The notes under the pieces: model-generated
Told to the model about the DNA's origin: nothing
The model's database searches: none
What the model saw: the letters and a program-made list of their open reading frames with translations, nothing else
Program-made: the position numbers and the translations under genes
Shown here: positions 12,480 to 25,486 of the stretch, piece after piece
How positions within the stretch are numbered: position 1 is the first letter of the stretch
Layout: the number at the start of each line of letters is the position of its first letter
Origin: Felis catus
Lineage: Eukaryota
DNA length: 64,000 nucleotides
Reading direction: 5' to 3'
NCBI RefSeq assembly: GCF_018350175.1
Contig: NC_058370.1
Span: 15,438,001-15,502,000, forward strand

Positions 12480-14320
12480 GCTTGAGGACCAGCTCATCAT
12501 CCTCTGCAGCCTGCCTCCTCGACTCATCTGGAATCAGTGTCCGAGACCCCGGCCAGCTCCACAGGCGCTGCTGCGGGCCGCGAGGGGCCCAAACCCAAGC
12601 GGGCCAGCCAGGGCCAAAGGCAGTGTGCGGGACCGGGTGGCCGCCGGCTGGCAGCGGGGGGAGGGAGGCGCTGACGCCGATTCCTGGGAAAAGCTTTCCG
12701 AGCTGCCGCCCAGGTCACAGCGCTAAAAATACCCGGGGCCCCTGGGGCCGTCTGCTCCAGCGGCCGGGTGGAGGGGGGGGGGGGCAGGGGAAGGAGAGAA
12801 CGAGGGTGGGGGCGCCCACGGGCTGGGGGCGCGGGGGCTCCCCCTTCCCCCTCCCCCAGCCCCATCCTTCTCCCGAGACCCAAGGAGCTGCCCCAGGGGG
12901 CATCGGAGCCGGGGCCAGGGAGAGAAAAGGAGTTGTTTACGAGACGAAAGGTGCTGGGAGAAGGGAGTCCAGGTCTGGGGAGCCCGGGGTGCCCGTGAAA
13001 GGCAGAGCGCCCTCCTGGTCTCCGCTCCACCCGCCCTTGAGTCCGCAGGAGCTAGAGAATTCCCTAAAAAGGGCCGGGGCGCGCCCGCCGGTGGGCGGGC
13101 GGTGAGGGGTGGGGGTGGAGAGGAGGCCGAGGGCCCCGGGGCGTCCAGTTCGTGCCGCCGGCCCCCGGCCCCCGGCCAGCCCGTCGTCCCTGCGCCCCTG
13201 CCGCAGAGCCCCTACCTGCAGCGCCCCGCGCCCCCGCTGCCTCGGTGGCTGGGCTCCGGCGAGACGGCTGCGGGGGCGTGGGAGCGAGACGCGCCGGCCG
13301 GGGTGGGGCTGCGCTGCCGGGGCTCCCGCGGGACGGCCGGGCCCTGGGAGCCGGGAACGAGGAAGCGGCGGGCGGCGGAAGTGGGGGAGGGGTGGCGACG
13401 GGCACCCGCGCTCGCCTCCCTCCCGGCCGCCGCGGGGAGCCCCCTCGGGCGCGGCCGTTCGCACTTCCAGGCCGGGCGAAAAGTTCCCCGCGCGCATCCT
13501 TGCCCCGCGGCCGGCCACGCTCGTCTGCACTCCGCCCGCAGCCCGCCCGCAACCCGCCGCCCGGGCGCTGGGCTCCGCACGTTCCGATCCACTTGCTGCG
13601 CCGCGCCCCGGCGGCGCAGCCCCGCCGCGGGGACACGCGCGGGTTCCCGGCCCACGCGCACTTGCTGCTGGCGACTCGTGGGCAGCCCCGCCGGAACGCA
13701 CCCGCACCCCGGGTGAGAGAAGGCGCACGCGGGGAAAGGGGCCCGGCGGAGCCGGGAGGGCACTGACCCGGTGCCGCGACTCAGGGCAGGTGCGCCGCGG
13801 CGGAGGGCCTCCTGAACCTGGGACTCACCCGGCAGCCCCCGGTTCTGGATCCGGGACCGGACCGAGCCGCCGCCCAGCCTTCCAGCGCACTGGGCGGGGT
13901 GGGCGCCGGGACGGGGCGGGTCAGGGCTGCAGGGGTGGGCCGCAGCGCCGCGCCCCGAGACGCCGGCGAGAAGCCAAGCCCTCCAGGGCGCGAACAGGGG
14001 CGCTGTGCATCCGGGCTGGCGGGGGTGGAGGGGCGACGCGCAAACTGAGGGAGGAGAGGAGAAGGGCTTGCCCCCCTCGCCGCGCCTCCTGCTCAGACCA
14101 GCGCCAGAAGTGTCCAATCTGCTTAACTCCTGGACGGAGACTCTTGCCCATTCTCTTCCTCCTCCCTCCCTCCCCCCATCCCCTTGTGCTCGCGCTCGCG
14201 GCTCCAGAAGCCTCGGGGACGGGACGGGACGGGACCGGGTCGGGGGTGTCTGTCGGGGATGCTTCTGCCGTGGGGTCATTCGTTCATTCACTCAACAAAC
14301 ATCCGCGAGCAAGCCAGGAA
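12480..14320 (-). promoter_or_regulatory. DBNDD2: DBNDD2 CpG island with alternative 5' exons
   Basis: Very GC- and CpG-rich, GC boxes; candidate minus-strand donors CAG|GTAGG at 13215 and GG|GTGAG near 13828. Confidence 0.85.
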
Positions 14321-16454
14321 CTAGGAGTCATCCTTGGCACCTCTCTGTCCTGCGCTAAATACACCTCCATTTCCTGTCGATTCTCCTTCCTGAATAACTT
14401 TCCAATCCACCAACCCTCTCCATTTCCACCACCATCTCTCCCTTGGCTCTTCCAGTAGCCTTCTATCTGGGTACCCGGTACTCGCTCGGCCCGGCTACAC
14501 TCCATCCCCGCCCCCCGCCCCAGCCGTCAGCCATCATTTCAGACCGCCAACTCTGGTGTTCCGCCCCCTGCTTAAATCCCTCCATTGTTAGAATAAAATC
14601 CAGGTGCTGATATCTGAGCCGAATCTTGAAGAAATGAGTTCAACGGGCGGAGAAGAGGGGCGGGGGTGGGGTGGGGAGGGGCATGTGCAAAGAGAGGGAT
14701 GGAGTCGTGATACATTCGGGTTTCCCTGTCGGGGACCAGCGCTCTGGACAAGTACCTGAAGCGCTGTTGCTTCTCTTGTTAGTGGGATCCCAAAACCCTG
14801 GGAGAAACACAGCCGGCGGCTTTCCCACTATTTTACAAGCAAGGAAACTAGTTTATGGGAGGCAAGTGGTTAAGGGCACAGGCGTGGTCGTCAGACCCTC
14901 CTGGGTTGCAAACCTAGCTCTCCATCTAGCTGGTTGTATAAACACTTAATTTCTCTGTTCCTTGATTTCCTTGCTTATTAGGTAGGAATAATTAATCCCT
15001 ACTACTTATGAGGTAATTCGTATAAAATGCTTAGTACCGGACGTGGGCACTTTGGAGATGCTTAATAAACATTAGGTGTTTTGATGGTAATGGGTTCTGA
15101 GAAAGGGAGGAAACTGCTTTCTTCCACGAATTTCTGTAATTATAGGAAGTACACCCTGATAGTTAACACTTCTTCAGAACTTATTATATATCTGTTGCTG
15201 TTATAAGTGTTTTGCCTATATTTATTAACTCTTTTAATCCTCTTAACAATCTTGTGAGGTAAGTACTATTATTATTATTTCCATTTTCCAGATGAAAACT
15301 GAGGTACAGAGAGGTCAAGGGACTTGTCCAAGGCCATACAGCAAATGATGGATTTTGAATCCAGATCGGCTGCTCCAGAGACTGTGTTATCACCACTGGC
15401 CCCAGCCTGTTCCCCTTCAGTCCTGTTGCAGTTTTCATCTTCCAAGAAAGGTCTGTCAGTTTGATTCTTATTCCTCATTCGTGGGTGGAGTAGACACTCG
15501 GTCCCATTTCCTAGCACAGAGGAATGAGGCCAACTTGGAGTGTGGTGGGTGAGAGCTCAACTCCCAAAGCCGCTTCCCCCCTTTCCAGGCTTATTCCTGG
15601 GAACAGGACTCCATGAATTGCTTTGAGCTGTCCCCAAGATGGTGACAGATCTGGAACCTCTGTCTCTTCTCTTTGCCAGATAGTTGCCTCATAAAGGGGT
15701 AGAGAGGGGAAAGCGTCCAAGCTAGAGAGAATTCAGGGGGCTAAGCCGGAAGGGTGCCAGCCCAGAGAAGGAGCCAGGCAGCGGACCCAGGAGCAGATGG
15801 CCAAAGGGGGTAAAAGGAGCCGTGGGAAAGTAGATGGCCAAGACCTCAGGCTCCACGCAGGATGCAGAGAGCTGGGGACAGCATCATGACCACACTAATC
15901 ACAATTTTTAAAAATTGTTAGGTAGTCTATAAAATTACAGCTTTTGCCAAACCCATCAGAGAGCTGAGTTTGCAGAGCAACCAATTAACCTGAATTCCAA
16001 AGAAGGACGGGAGCCTCCGAGAAGAAATGGGACACAGGCGCTGGCACGCTTGTGAAGCAGGAGGAAGACGGGGCCTCCATTCAGACAGGTAGGAGTTCAT
16101 TTCCTTCCTAGATGCAGGTTGCTCGCCGGTATCGTATTCTTTCTGCCTCCAGAAAGATCTACATAAACACGTAAAGATCTCTGGAAATGGACAGAATGAA
16201 GGTAAATATAAGAGACATTTTTCTGTGTTTAATCACCTTAAAAGACAATTGACTAAGGCAAAAGAGTGGCAATACACTCCTCTTTCACTTTCGAAGTCAT
16301 GGGGATGTCAAGTCCGGAGTAGGGAATATAGCCAATAACTGTGTGGTGAGAGGTGATAAGTACACTTACCATGGTGAGCATTTTGTAATGTATATAATTG
16401 TCGAATGACTATGTTATACACCTGAAATTGATATAAAATTATGTCACTACATTT

Positions 16455-16672
16455 AAAAAAAATCTATTTAAGAGAGAGAGAGCACAAGTGGGGGAGAGGG
16501 TCAGGGAGAGAGAGAGAGAGAGAGAGAGAAAGGGAGAGAGAAAGAGAGAGAGAGAGGAAATCTTAAGCGGGCTCCATGCTGACTGTGGGGCTCGATCCCA
16601 CAACCCTGGGATCATGACCTGAGCCGAAATCAAGAGTCTGACACTCAACCGACCGAGCTACCCAGGTGCCCC
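16455..16672 (-). mobile_element. Can-SINE
   Basis: Reverse head cccaggtgcccc, (GA)n on + strand. Confidence 0.88.
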
Positions 16673-16967
16673 TATATGTCACAACACTTCAATTTTTAAA
16701 ACAGCAGCAGTACGTTGTGGGTATATAGCATATATAAAAGTTAAATTGTGACAATAACAATAGTTAAAATGATGGGATGAGTAATTGGAAGTATACTATT
16801 TAAGGACCCTCTGCTGTATAAGTGGTATGACATTATTTGAAGATTGCCTTTGGTTAATTGAAGACATACACCATAAATGCAAGGGGAACCACTAAAAAAA
16901 TTTTTTAAGAGGTATAAATAACAAGCCAATATGAAGATAAAGTGAAATAATAAAAATATTGGGAGCC

Positions 16968-17185
16968 AGGGCATCTGGGTGGCTCACTCGGTTAAGCGTC
17001 CGACTTTGGCTCAGGTCATGATCTGGTGTTTCTTGAGTTCGGGCCCACATCGAGCTCTGTGCTGACAGCTCAGAACCTGGAGTCTGCTTTGCATTCTGTG
17101 TCTCCCTCTCTCTGTGCTCCTCCCCTGCTCTCTCTCTCTCTCTCTCTCTCAAAAATAAATAAAATATTTTTTAAAATTTTTTTTA
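16968..17185 (+). mobile_element. Can-SINE
   Basis: gggcatctgggtggctcactcggttaagcgtccgac head, (CT)n, A-rich tail. Confidence 0.9.
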
Positions 17186-17837
17186 AATATTGGGAGGCAT
17201 TCTCCCTGGCCCTTTTGGTGTTCAACATGTCTTGTTGACTATGTCAGGATTGCAAGGATTTGACTTCTCTTCTGCACCCTTGCTTAGGATTGATAATTGT
17301 TAATAGAGCTTGAGAGACCAGATCATGTCTTTCTCAGACCAAGGCAGGTTTGCTTACTGCTTGCTATAGAAGTTCTGGGCCTGGTTCCCCAGCCACAGGG
17401 TAAAGCCACTATGTGTGTGCTATGCATCTGGGACCACCATATCAGTTATTGGACCTGGGGCCAAGTGGACCACAGACAGACAGCTATGCTCCTGTTCATG
17501 TTGTTTGGTGTGCTATGAGTAGTGTTTCAATCAAATGGAATAAGTCTTATTGTCTATTTTTGGTACCCAATAGGTTGATGTTTTTCCCTGAAGAAATGTA
17601 ATTAATCCAAAGTAAGGGAAAAAAAAAAAAAAAAAAAAGAAAAAAGAAAAAAATGAGAAAAAAAATGGATGGAAATATAAAACAAATATGTAAGATTTTA
17701 ATCCAATTGCCAATGAAAGAACCAATTAAAGGACAGACTAGTACATTTGGAAATAAAGCAAAAGGCAATAATGTGCTGTCTATAGAAACCGAATTTAGCT
17801 ATAAAGAAACATGTACGTTAAAAGTAAATGGGTGGAA

Positions 17838-18060
17838 GGACGCCGGGGTGGCTCACTCGGTTAAGCACCCGACTTTGGCTCAGATCATGATCTCGTGGTT
17901 CATGAGTTTGGGCCCCACGTCGGGCTCTGTGCTGACAGCTCAGAGCCTGAAGCCTGCTTCGGATTCTGTGTCTCCCTCTCTTTCTGTCCCTCCCACTCAC
18001 ACTCTATCCCTCTCTCTCAAAAATTAATTAATTAATTAATTAAAAATTAAAAAAAAAAAG
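17838..18060 (+). mobile_element. Can-SINE
   Basis: Typical head and body; flanked by TSD-like aaagtaaatgggtggaa / aaggtaaatggatggaa. Confidence 0.9.
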
Positions 18061-18739
18061 GTAAATGGATGGAATGAGATGTACCACACAAACAGCAATC
18101 AAATCAAACTGGAGTGGCAGTATTCATAGCAGACAAATATAAACCTTCAAAAAGACTATTAGCAGTGATTGAAGAGGGATAGTGATAACAATAGAAAGTT
18201 CAATTCACCAAAAAGACTTCACTGTTATAATGCGAATACATCTAATAACAGAGTTTCAAAAACAGATGAAGTAAAAACCAATAGACCTAAAATAGAAAGA
18301 GAAAAATCTATATTTCAGTTCGAGAATTCAATACTGCTCTCTCAGTAATCAATAAAACAAGTAGGAGAAAAAAGGAAGGAGGTAGAAAACCTGAACGCTA
18401 TCCACTGACTTGTTCCGACTGCCACGTTGCTAACACTTTAACCCGACAACAGCAGGATAAGGATTCTTGCAACTGCACGTAAAGCATTCACCAAGCTGCA
18501 TCACAGCCTGGGCCACCAAACGAACCTCAACAAATTTAAAAGAATTTAAATCAGACAAAATGTTTTATGACTATACAAGAATTAAAATGTAACCAATAAA
18601 GGCATCTGGGAGACATCCCCAATCCTTGGGAATAAAACAGGACACTTCAAAAAAAACCGAGAGTCAAAGGTGAACTCCAAAAGGAAATGAGAAAAATATC
18701 TTGAATTGAATAAAAACTGAAACGCAGCTGCCTGCCACC

Positions 18740-20460
18740 AAAATAGCCCCCGGTGCTCCCTGCCTTTCCTTTATTCTTACCTTTGTGTCGTCCTCTGCTA
18801 CACTGTATCGAGGCGACTCTCGATACAGTCACAAACGGTGGTGGGGTGGGTCCCGTCCAAAACTGGGATTGAAAAAACAAAAGACCACAGCTCCCGTCTC
18901 GGGTGTGTGTCCTCTGTTGCTTGGCTCGCTCGCTCTGGGGGAAGCACCCTACTGTGTCATCAACAGCCGTGCAGACAGGCCTACGTGGCATGGCACTGAA
19001 GATTCCAGCCGACAGCCAGGAAGAACAGAGACCGGCCGGCAACCGCATGCGGGCGCAGGGAAACGGAACCGCCGGGCCCGGTGGAGCCTCGAGAGAGTGG
19101 ACTGCGGTCCTGGCCGGGGGCTTGACAGCCACCTCGAGAGATGCTGAGACATCACCACCTCAGCTAGAGCACTCTTGGATTCCTGATGCCCCAAACCCCT
19201 GACATAATAAATCCCTCTTGTATTAAACTGCTACATTCAAGACTAGTTTGCCATGCAGCAGGAGACAGGGCCTAGACTTTGGTACTGTGGGAGAGTGCTG
19301 CTGTGTCAGCTCCGAAATGTGGCAGTGGCGTTAGCACTCACCACAAATTGATGAGACTGTAGGGAAAGCGCCTTGGAAACGCTGTTAATAGAAGCCTCGG
19401 GCCTTTGAGAAAAAGGCAGGGCCGACAGCAAAGTGGGTAAATGCTATTGGGAACTGGGGAACTGGGGGAGAGGAAGCCGGTTATGTCCTAGCACAGAGGT
19501 TAGCAGCCCCGTCGCCTGCAGTACAGTGGGCAGCAGAAAGTACGCCTGATGAGCTGGGTGGTCTAGCTGAGGACATTTCCCAGGAAGGCGTCAAAGGCGC
19601 CACCTGGTCTCTTCTCGCTGCTGACAGTAAAATGCCAGCAGAGAGGGCGGAACTAAGGCAGCAGCTCCCGAGTGACAGCGAGGTTGCCTCCTGCGGGGCA
19701 TTTGGCAATGTCTGGAGACATTTTTGGTCCTTGAAACTAGAGAGGTTGCTCTTGGCATCCAGTTAGTAGAGGCCAGGGATGCTGGTAAATAGCGTCTAAT
19801 TGCAAGACAGACCCCTCTCCCTACCTCCCCCCGCACAAAGATTCATTCTGCCCAGAATATCAGTAGTGTTGAGGCTGAGAAACCCTGAGCCAAAGGGAAG
19901 CAGTGGTAAATATAAAAGAGCCAGAACTTCATGGTAGGAAATTCTCAGCCTCTCCAAACGGCAAATGATAGTAACAGTAAGAAGTGCTTTCCTAGCAAAG
20001 CTCAAATAATCCGGGGCATTGAAAACCTTAAAAAACAAAAACAAACAAACAAACAAACAAAAAACCCCACCATGGTCCAAAAATGAAACAGGTTGTGACT
20101 GTTAAGATCTTGAGTTTACATCTCAGGAAGACGAAAGGCAACGCCTCAGAGTACTACTATTCAGTCAGATAAAAGACCTCTAAGATTATAGGTGTGCTTT
20201 ACAGATCCTCTAAATCAAACAATAGAGATTCTAGAAAGCTGAAGGGTGTTGTCCCTTAGCCATTTCAGCAGAAGCCAAATGCAGAGAAGGGCTTATCTCA
20301 AAGACATTGTGGGCATGGCTTTTGTCTAGCCAAGTGGACCTGGATAAGATTCAGAGTGACCTACAAGTTCTTAGAGGGATAATAAATCCAGAAATATCTC
20401 CAGTTTGGATTTATAAGAATGAAGAGAGTATAAAATAAAAGGAGGACTTTGGGCTCTGAA
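18740..20460 (+). mobile_element. MaLR (MLT1-type) LTR plus internal sequence
   Basis: MLT1-like 3' end (ataataaatccctcttgtattaaactgcta...catgcagca) followed by MaLR-int-like sequence; subfamily from recollection only. Confidence 0.6.
19680..19890 (+). mobile_element. MER20-like hAT DNA transposon inserted in MaLR internal sequence
   Basis: ggggcatttggcaatgtctggagacatttttgg...gaggccagggatgctg...gaggctgagaaaccctg resembles MER20. Confidence 0.75.
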
Positions 20461-21464
20461 TAAAATGGAGTAGCTGCATTCCTCTCTTTCCTTCTCACAA
20501 GTACAGGTTAAAATGCTGGACATTTTATCTCAAACAAACATAAGAAGACAGATCAACCAGCCCCCCCCCCCCCCCCCCCGTAGGCTTTCTTTTTGCTAGG
20601 GTCTGGAGAAGCCTGCAACCTGGAAATGCCAACAAGGCACAGATTAAAGTAACCTCCATGAAAAGCCTGTTTTCTCTTGTCAAAGGACTGAGAAAGGGGC
20701 ACCCTAGCAAGACAGAAATCTTCTGACATTAAATGGCCCACTCCAGCAAAATACTAGAGGAAAAGGCACTCCTAGCCTCCACCTGCAGACAGAGGGGGAC
20801 AGCCTAGACTTCAATGTTTGTCTTGTAACAGAGGTTACAGGGCACCTCCCCCACTTCACCTCCAAGCGGTGTTGGTGGGGGGAGGCTTCATCATTGCCCA
20901 ACAGTAACAAGTACCTCTCTCCAAGTACCCTTCCCCATTTCCATGGTGTCAGAGGAGGCCATGGGGGGAGCTACACTACCATCCCCATCCAGCAATGATG
21001 AGGCCCCACTCCCTTCCCTCAATGTAAAGGAGGCCCAGTATGGAATCTAGATGACCACCTCTGCCCAGCAGTAATGAGGCAACCCTACCCTACCCTTCCC
21101 CTACTGCGTGCTGTCAGGGGGTTCATGTGGGTAGTGCGGGTTTTCACTCTCATCTGGTGGTAAAGAGTTGGTATCAGTGGACCAGGTCATCCAAGGCCTG
21201 GTTTAAAACAAGGTTTTAAAACAAGGTTTAAATGAAATCCAGAGTCTCATAACATAATTTCCAAAATGTCCAGGTTATAACTGTAAATAATTCATCATAC
21301 ATAGAACTGGGAAAATCTCAATTTGGATAAGAAAAGACAATCAACAGATACCAACAGATCAGTGTTGCTGGATTTATCTATGATTTTAAGACAGTCACTA
21401 TAAAAAAGCTTCGACAAGCAATTACAAACATTCTTCAAATACATGAAAACAAATATCGGGGGTG

Positions 21465-21585
21465 GGGGGGCATCTGAGTGGCTCAGTTGGTTAAACTTCC
21501 AGCTCTTGGTTTTGGCTCAGGTCGATCTCAGTTTGTGAGTTCGGGCCCTATGACAGGCTCTGTGCTGACAGTGCCTACTTGGAAT

Positions 21586-21621
<36 letters not shown>

Positions 21622-21660
21622 AAAATAAATAAGTAAAAATTTTTAAAAAATTATTTTAAA
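21465..21660 (+). mobile_element. Can-SINE
   Basis: ggggcatctgagtggctcagttggttaa head, (CT)n, AATAAA tail. Confidence 0.85.
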
Positions 21661-21726
21661 AATCTCAGAAAAAGAAATAGAAGTCACAAAGAAAATAGAA
21701 ATGTTAGAACTGAAGAAAAAAATTAC

Positions 21727-22164
21727 TGTGCTGGGTTGAATCATGTTCTCCAAAATACCCAATATTACAGAATGTGACCTTATTTGGAAATAGAGTCTCT
21801 GCAGAAATAATTAGTTAAAATGAGGTCATACTGGAGTAGTGTGGGCACTAAATCCAATAACTGGTGTCCATTATAAGACAATGTGAAAACACAGAAAGAT
21901 ACCCAGGGGAGACCACCATGTGAAGATGGGACGCAAATACTGGGATGATGGGTCTATAAGCCAAGGAGCACCCAGGATGCCTGGTGATCACCAGGAGCCA
22001 GGAGAGAGGCATGGGACAGGTTCTCCCTTGGAGCCTCCAGAAGGAACCACCACCTTGGGTTTTGGACTCTTGGCCTCCAGTACTGTGTGAAAATAAACTT
22101 GTTGTTTTAAGCCATCAAGTTTGTGGTCATTTGTTACAGCAGGCAGGCCTGGGAAACTAATACA
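21727..22164 (+). mobile_element. MLT1B/C-like solo MaLR LTR
   Basis: tgtgctgggttgaat...gaatgtgaccttatttggaaatag...aaataaa...gaaactaataca; TG...CA termini. Confidence 0.8.
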
Positions 22165-22708
22165 GAAACTAAAATGTAAAATAAAACCACCTCACTGGGT
22201 AGGCTCAATAGAAGGATGGAGATAATGTTTGAAAGGACAGGTGCATTTGAAGATAGAACAGTAGAAATGATCCAATCTGAAAGAGAGAGCAAATTATATT
22301 TAAAAAGGATAAAAAGCAAGAACAGAGCTTCAGAAACCTGTGAGACAGTAACAAAAGATTTAACATTTGTGTTACAGGAGTCCCAGGTGGAGAGGAAAAG
22401 GAAGTGAAGCTGAAAAAACATTCCAGAAAAGAATGGCTGAAAGTTTCCCAAGTTCGACAAAGACCTGAACCTACAGATTCAAGAAGCCGACTGAATCTCC
22501 AACATAAGCCCAAATAAATCCATGATAACACACACCATAATCAAACTTCTGAAAACTCAGGTCAAAGAAAGAATCGTGAAGGCAGTCAGAGAGAAATGAC
22601 ACCTTTCCTGTGGGGGAACAACAGTTCAGTTGCAGCAGATGTGAGCTGCCAGAAAGAAGTGGGACAGCATTCAAGGAGCGAAGGAAGATACGGTCAGTCC
22701 AGAGTGCC

Positions 22709-23257
22709 TGACAAAGATTCTCTCCTTGACCAAACTCTAGCTTGGCTCCTCTGAGCCCTCTTTTCAACATGGCCTTAAACTTGGTCTATACAGACTTGAA
22801 CAAACACTAACATAGTTTCTAACAACTCAAGGCTGAATCCCTAGGATGACCCCAGACCCCTTAAATTGCCTGCCTGAGAAAACTCGAGGCTGCCAAATGA
22901 ATTTACTGTTTGCTCTAGCCAACGCCCCCCCTCCCAATATAGGGCCCTGTCTCCCAACAGCAAGATATGCATCTTTCGTGGAAGTGTAGGAGCCTAACTT
23001 CAATAGTGTCAGTTAGCAAACCTAGATAGGTCTCACAGGGACCAATACCCCCTTTATGCTTTTTGTAAATTTTCACTTCCTTGGCTCTACAGAGCCCCCA
23101 CTTACCCCCATTCCCTATTCCTGAATTCAAGATGCCAAGTTGTCTATACAAATCAAAGCTGAATTCAGTTCACACTGGATTCTTTTCCCTATTACAAGAG
23201 TATATTAATGATTAAAATCTGTCCTTTCTACTTTAGCTAATTTGTTTATCTCTGACA
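22709..23257 (+). mobile_element. ERV1-type solo LTR (MER39/MER34-like) inserted in L1 ORF1
   Basis: TG...CA termini, near-perfect 4-bp TSD tgcc/tgct, ATTAAA polyA-like signal; host L1 resumes on either side. Confidence 0.7.
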
Positions 23258-25271
23258 TGCTATACCCAGAAAGAAGACCATTTAGGACTGAAGATGAAAT
23301 GAAGACATTCTCAAATAAAAGAAACACTAAGAGTATCTGTTGTCTGAAGACCTACCCTAAAAGAATGGCCGACGCAGTTGGTAGAGTGTGTGACTGGATC
23401 TTGGGGTTGTGAGTTCGAGCCCCACGCTGGGTATAGAGATTACTTTTAAAAAATGGCTGAAGGAAGTTCTTCAAACATAAAGGAAATGGTAAAAGAAGGA
23501 AACTTAAAACATCAAGAATGAAGAAAGATAAATAAAAAGAATGGAAATACAGGTAAATGTAATAGACTATCCTTCCCCACTGGTGTTTTCTAAATTATAT
23601 TCAATGGCCAAAGTATAAATTATAACATATAACATTGTCTGATGTGGTTCTCAGTGTATGTAGAGGAAATATGTAAGACATTATAAAATGGAAAGTAAAG
23701 ATCTAAACAGAAGGCTTCTGTACCTCACTTGGAAGTGGCAAAATGTCGATACTGTGACTCATGTAGACTGTGATAAATTATGAATGTATAATGAAACCCC
23801 GGAGCAGTCACTAAAAACTCTGCACAAAGAGATACACTTGAAAACGCCATAGATAAATAAAAAATGGAATCCTAAAAGATGTTCAAGTAACACAAGAAGG
23901 GTGGAAAAACAGAACAGAGGAATGAAAAATAGAGGGAACCAACAGAAAATAAAATGGCAAATGGAAACACTAAGACGTAAATAATTACATCAACTGGAAA
24001 TGGCCTCAATAAGTCATTTAAAAGTGAGAGATCTGAAGAACAGAATACAAAAATGTGACCCAGCTATAAGCCATCAGCAAGAAATTCACTTCAAATATAA
24101 TGGCATAGGTAGGTTGAAAGTAAAAGGATGTAAAAGAAATATGCCATACAAACATTAATCAAAAGACAGCAGAGTCTGCCATCTTAATATTAGGTAATAG
24201 CAGATAAAAGAAAATCACCCGGAAAAGAAGTTACATTACGTAATGATAACAGGGTCAAACCAGGAGGAAGACAAAGTAATCCCAAACGTATAGGCACTAA
24301 ACTGATAAAACCCAAAGGAGAAACAGGCAAATACACTATCAGAGTTGGAGACTTCCACACATCTCTGAACAACTGATAGAAATACTAGGCAGAAAAACGG
24401 CAGGATCTGTAAGAACTTAACAAAACCATCAGCCAAAAGGATCTAACTGACACTTAGAGACTACTCCATCCAACAACAGCAAGATACACATTCTTTTCAA
24501 GGGCCCATGGAATATCCACCCCAATAGACAATACCCTAAGTAAAAAATCAAAACAGCAAACCACACACAACCTCAAGAGATTTAAAAGATTGAAAGAGAT
24601 TTAAAATTATACAGTGAGTATTCCCTTGACCACAGTGGAATCAAATAGGTCCAAGTTAGCAACAGAAAGGTGACAGGAAAAATCTCCAAACACATGAAAA
24701 GTAAACAACATACTTCTAAATAATCTATGGGTCAAAGTGAAAATCTCAACGAAATTTTTAAAAATTTTGCTGAATGAAAGTACAAAGTATCAAAATTTGT
24801 GGGGCACAGCTAACTGGAGGCTGAAAGGAAAATTTACGGCACTAAATGTTTACTTTCAAAGGAAGAAAGGCCTCCAACCAACAATCTAAGCTCCTGCCTC
24901 AAACTAGAATCAGAAGAGCAACATAAACCCCAAAGAACTGAAAATAGAAAAACAATGAAGAAAACCAAGGAAACAAAGAACTGCTTCTTTGGAAAGATCT
25001 GTAAAGTTGACAAACCTCTAACAAGATTGACAAAGGAAAAAAAGAAACAGGAGACCTAAACTATCAATTTCATGAGTGCAACGGAGGATATCCCTGCAGA
25101 CTCCCAGACATGAAAGAGATAATAAGGGACTACTAAGAACAATTCTACACACATCAATTTGGCAACTTAGATAAAAAGGACTAAATCCTCAAAAAGTACA
25201 AACTGCCAAAACTCACCCAACATGAAATAGATCATAAAAACAGCTCTATAACTATAAAAGAAATTGAATCT

Positions 25272-25486
25272 GGGGGCACCTGGGTGGCTCGGTTGGTTGA
25301 GCGTCCGGCTTCAGCTCAGGTCATGATCTCACGGGTTTGAGTTCAAGCCCCTTGTCGGGCTCTGTGCTGACAGCTTGGAGCCTGTTTCAGATTCTGTTTC
25401 TCCCTCTCTCTCTGCTCCTCCCCTGCTCGTGCTCTGTCTCTCTCTCTCTCAAAAATAAATAAATAAACATTAAAAAAATTTAAAAA
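25272..25486 (+). mobile_element. Can-SINE with target-site duplication
   Basis: Full SINE body flanked by aaagaaattgaatct on both sides. Confidence 0.93.

Larger units (their letters stand above)
15700..18720 (+). mobile_element. Fragmented old L1 sequence interrupted by SINEs and an LTR-like segment
   Basis: L1 3'-end-like piece 16290-16445; decayed ORF2 endonuclease-like A-rich sequence 17700-18720; boundaries approximate. Confidence 0.6.

Noticed and set aside
13005-13020. Possible CTCF motif GACCAGGAGGGCGCTC
   Set aside because: Spacing does not fit the core consensus well; expected by chance in GC-rich DNA
12332-14458. Many long overlapping ORFs (up to 449 aa) on both strands
   Set aside because: Stop-poor CpG island; Arg/Gly/Pro/Ala-rich translations with no recognisable domain
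23370-23452. tRNA-like A/B boxes (agttggtagag...gagttcgagccc)
   Set aside because: Short tRNA-derived Can-SINE head, no complete cloverleaf
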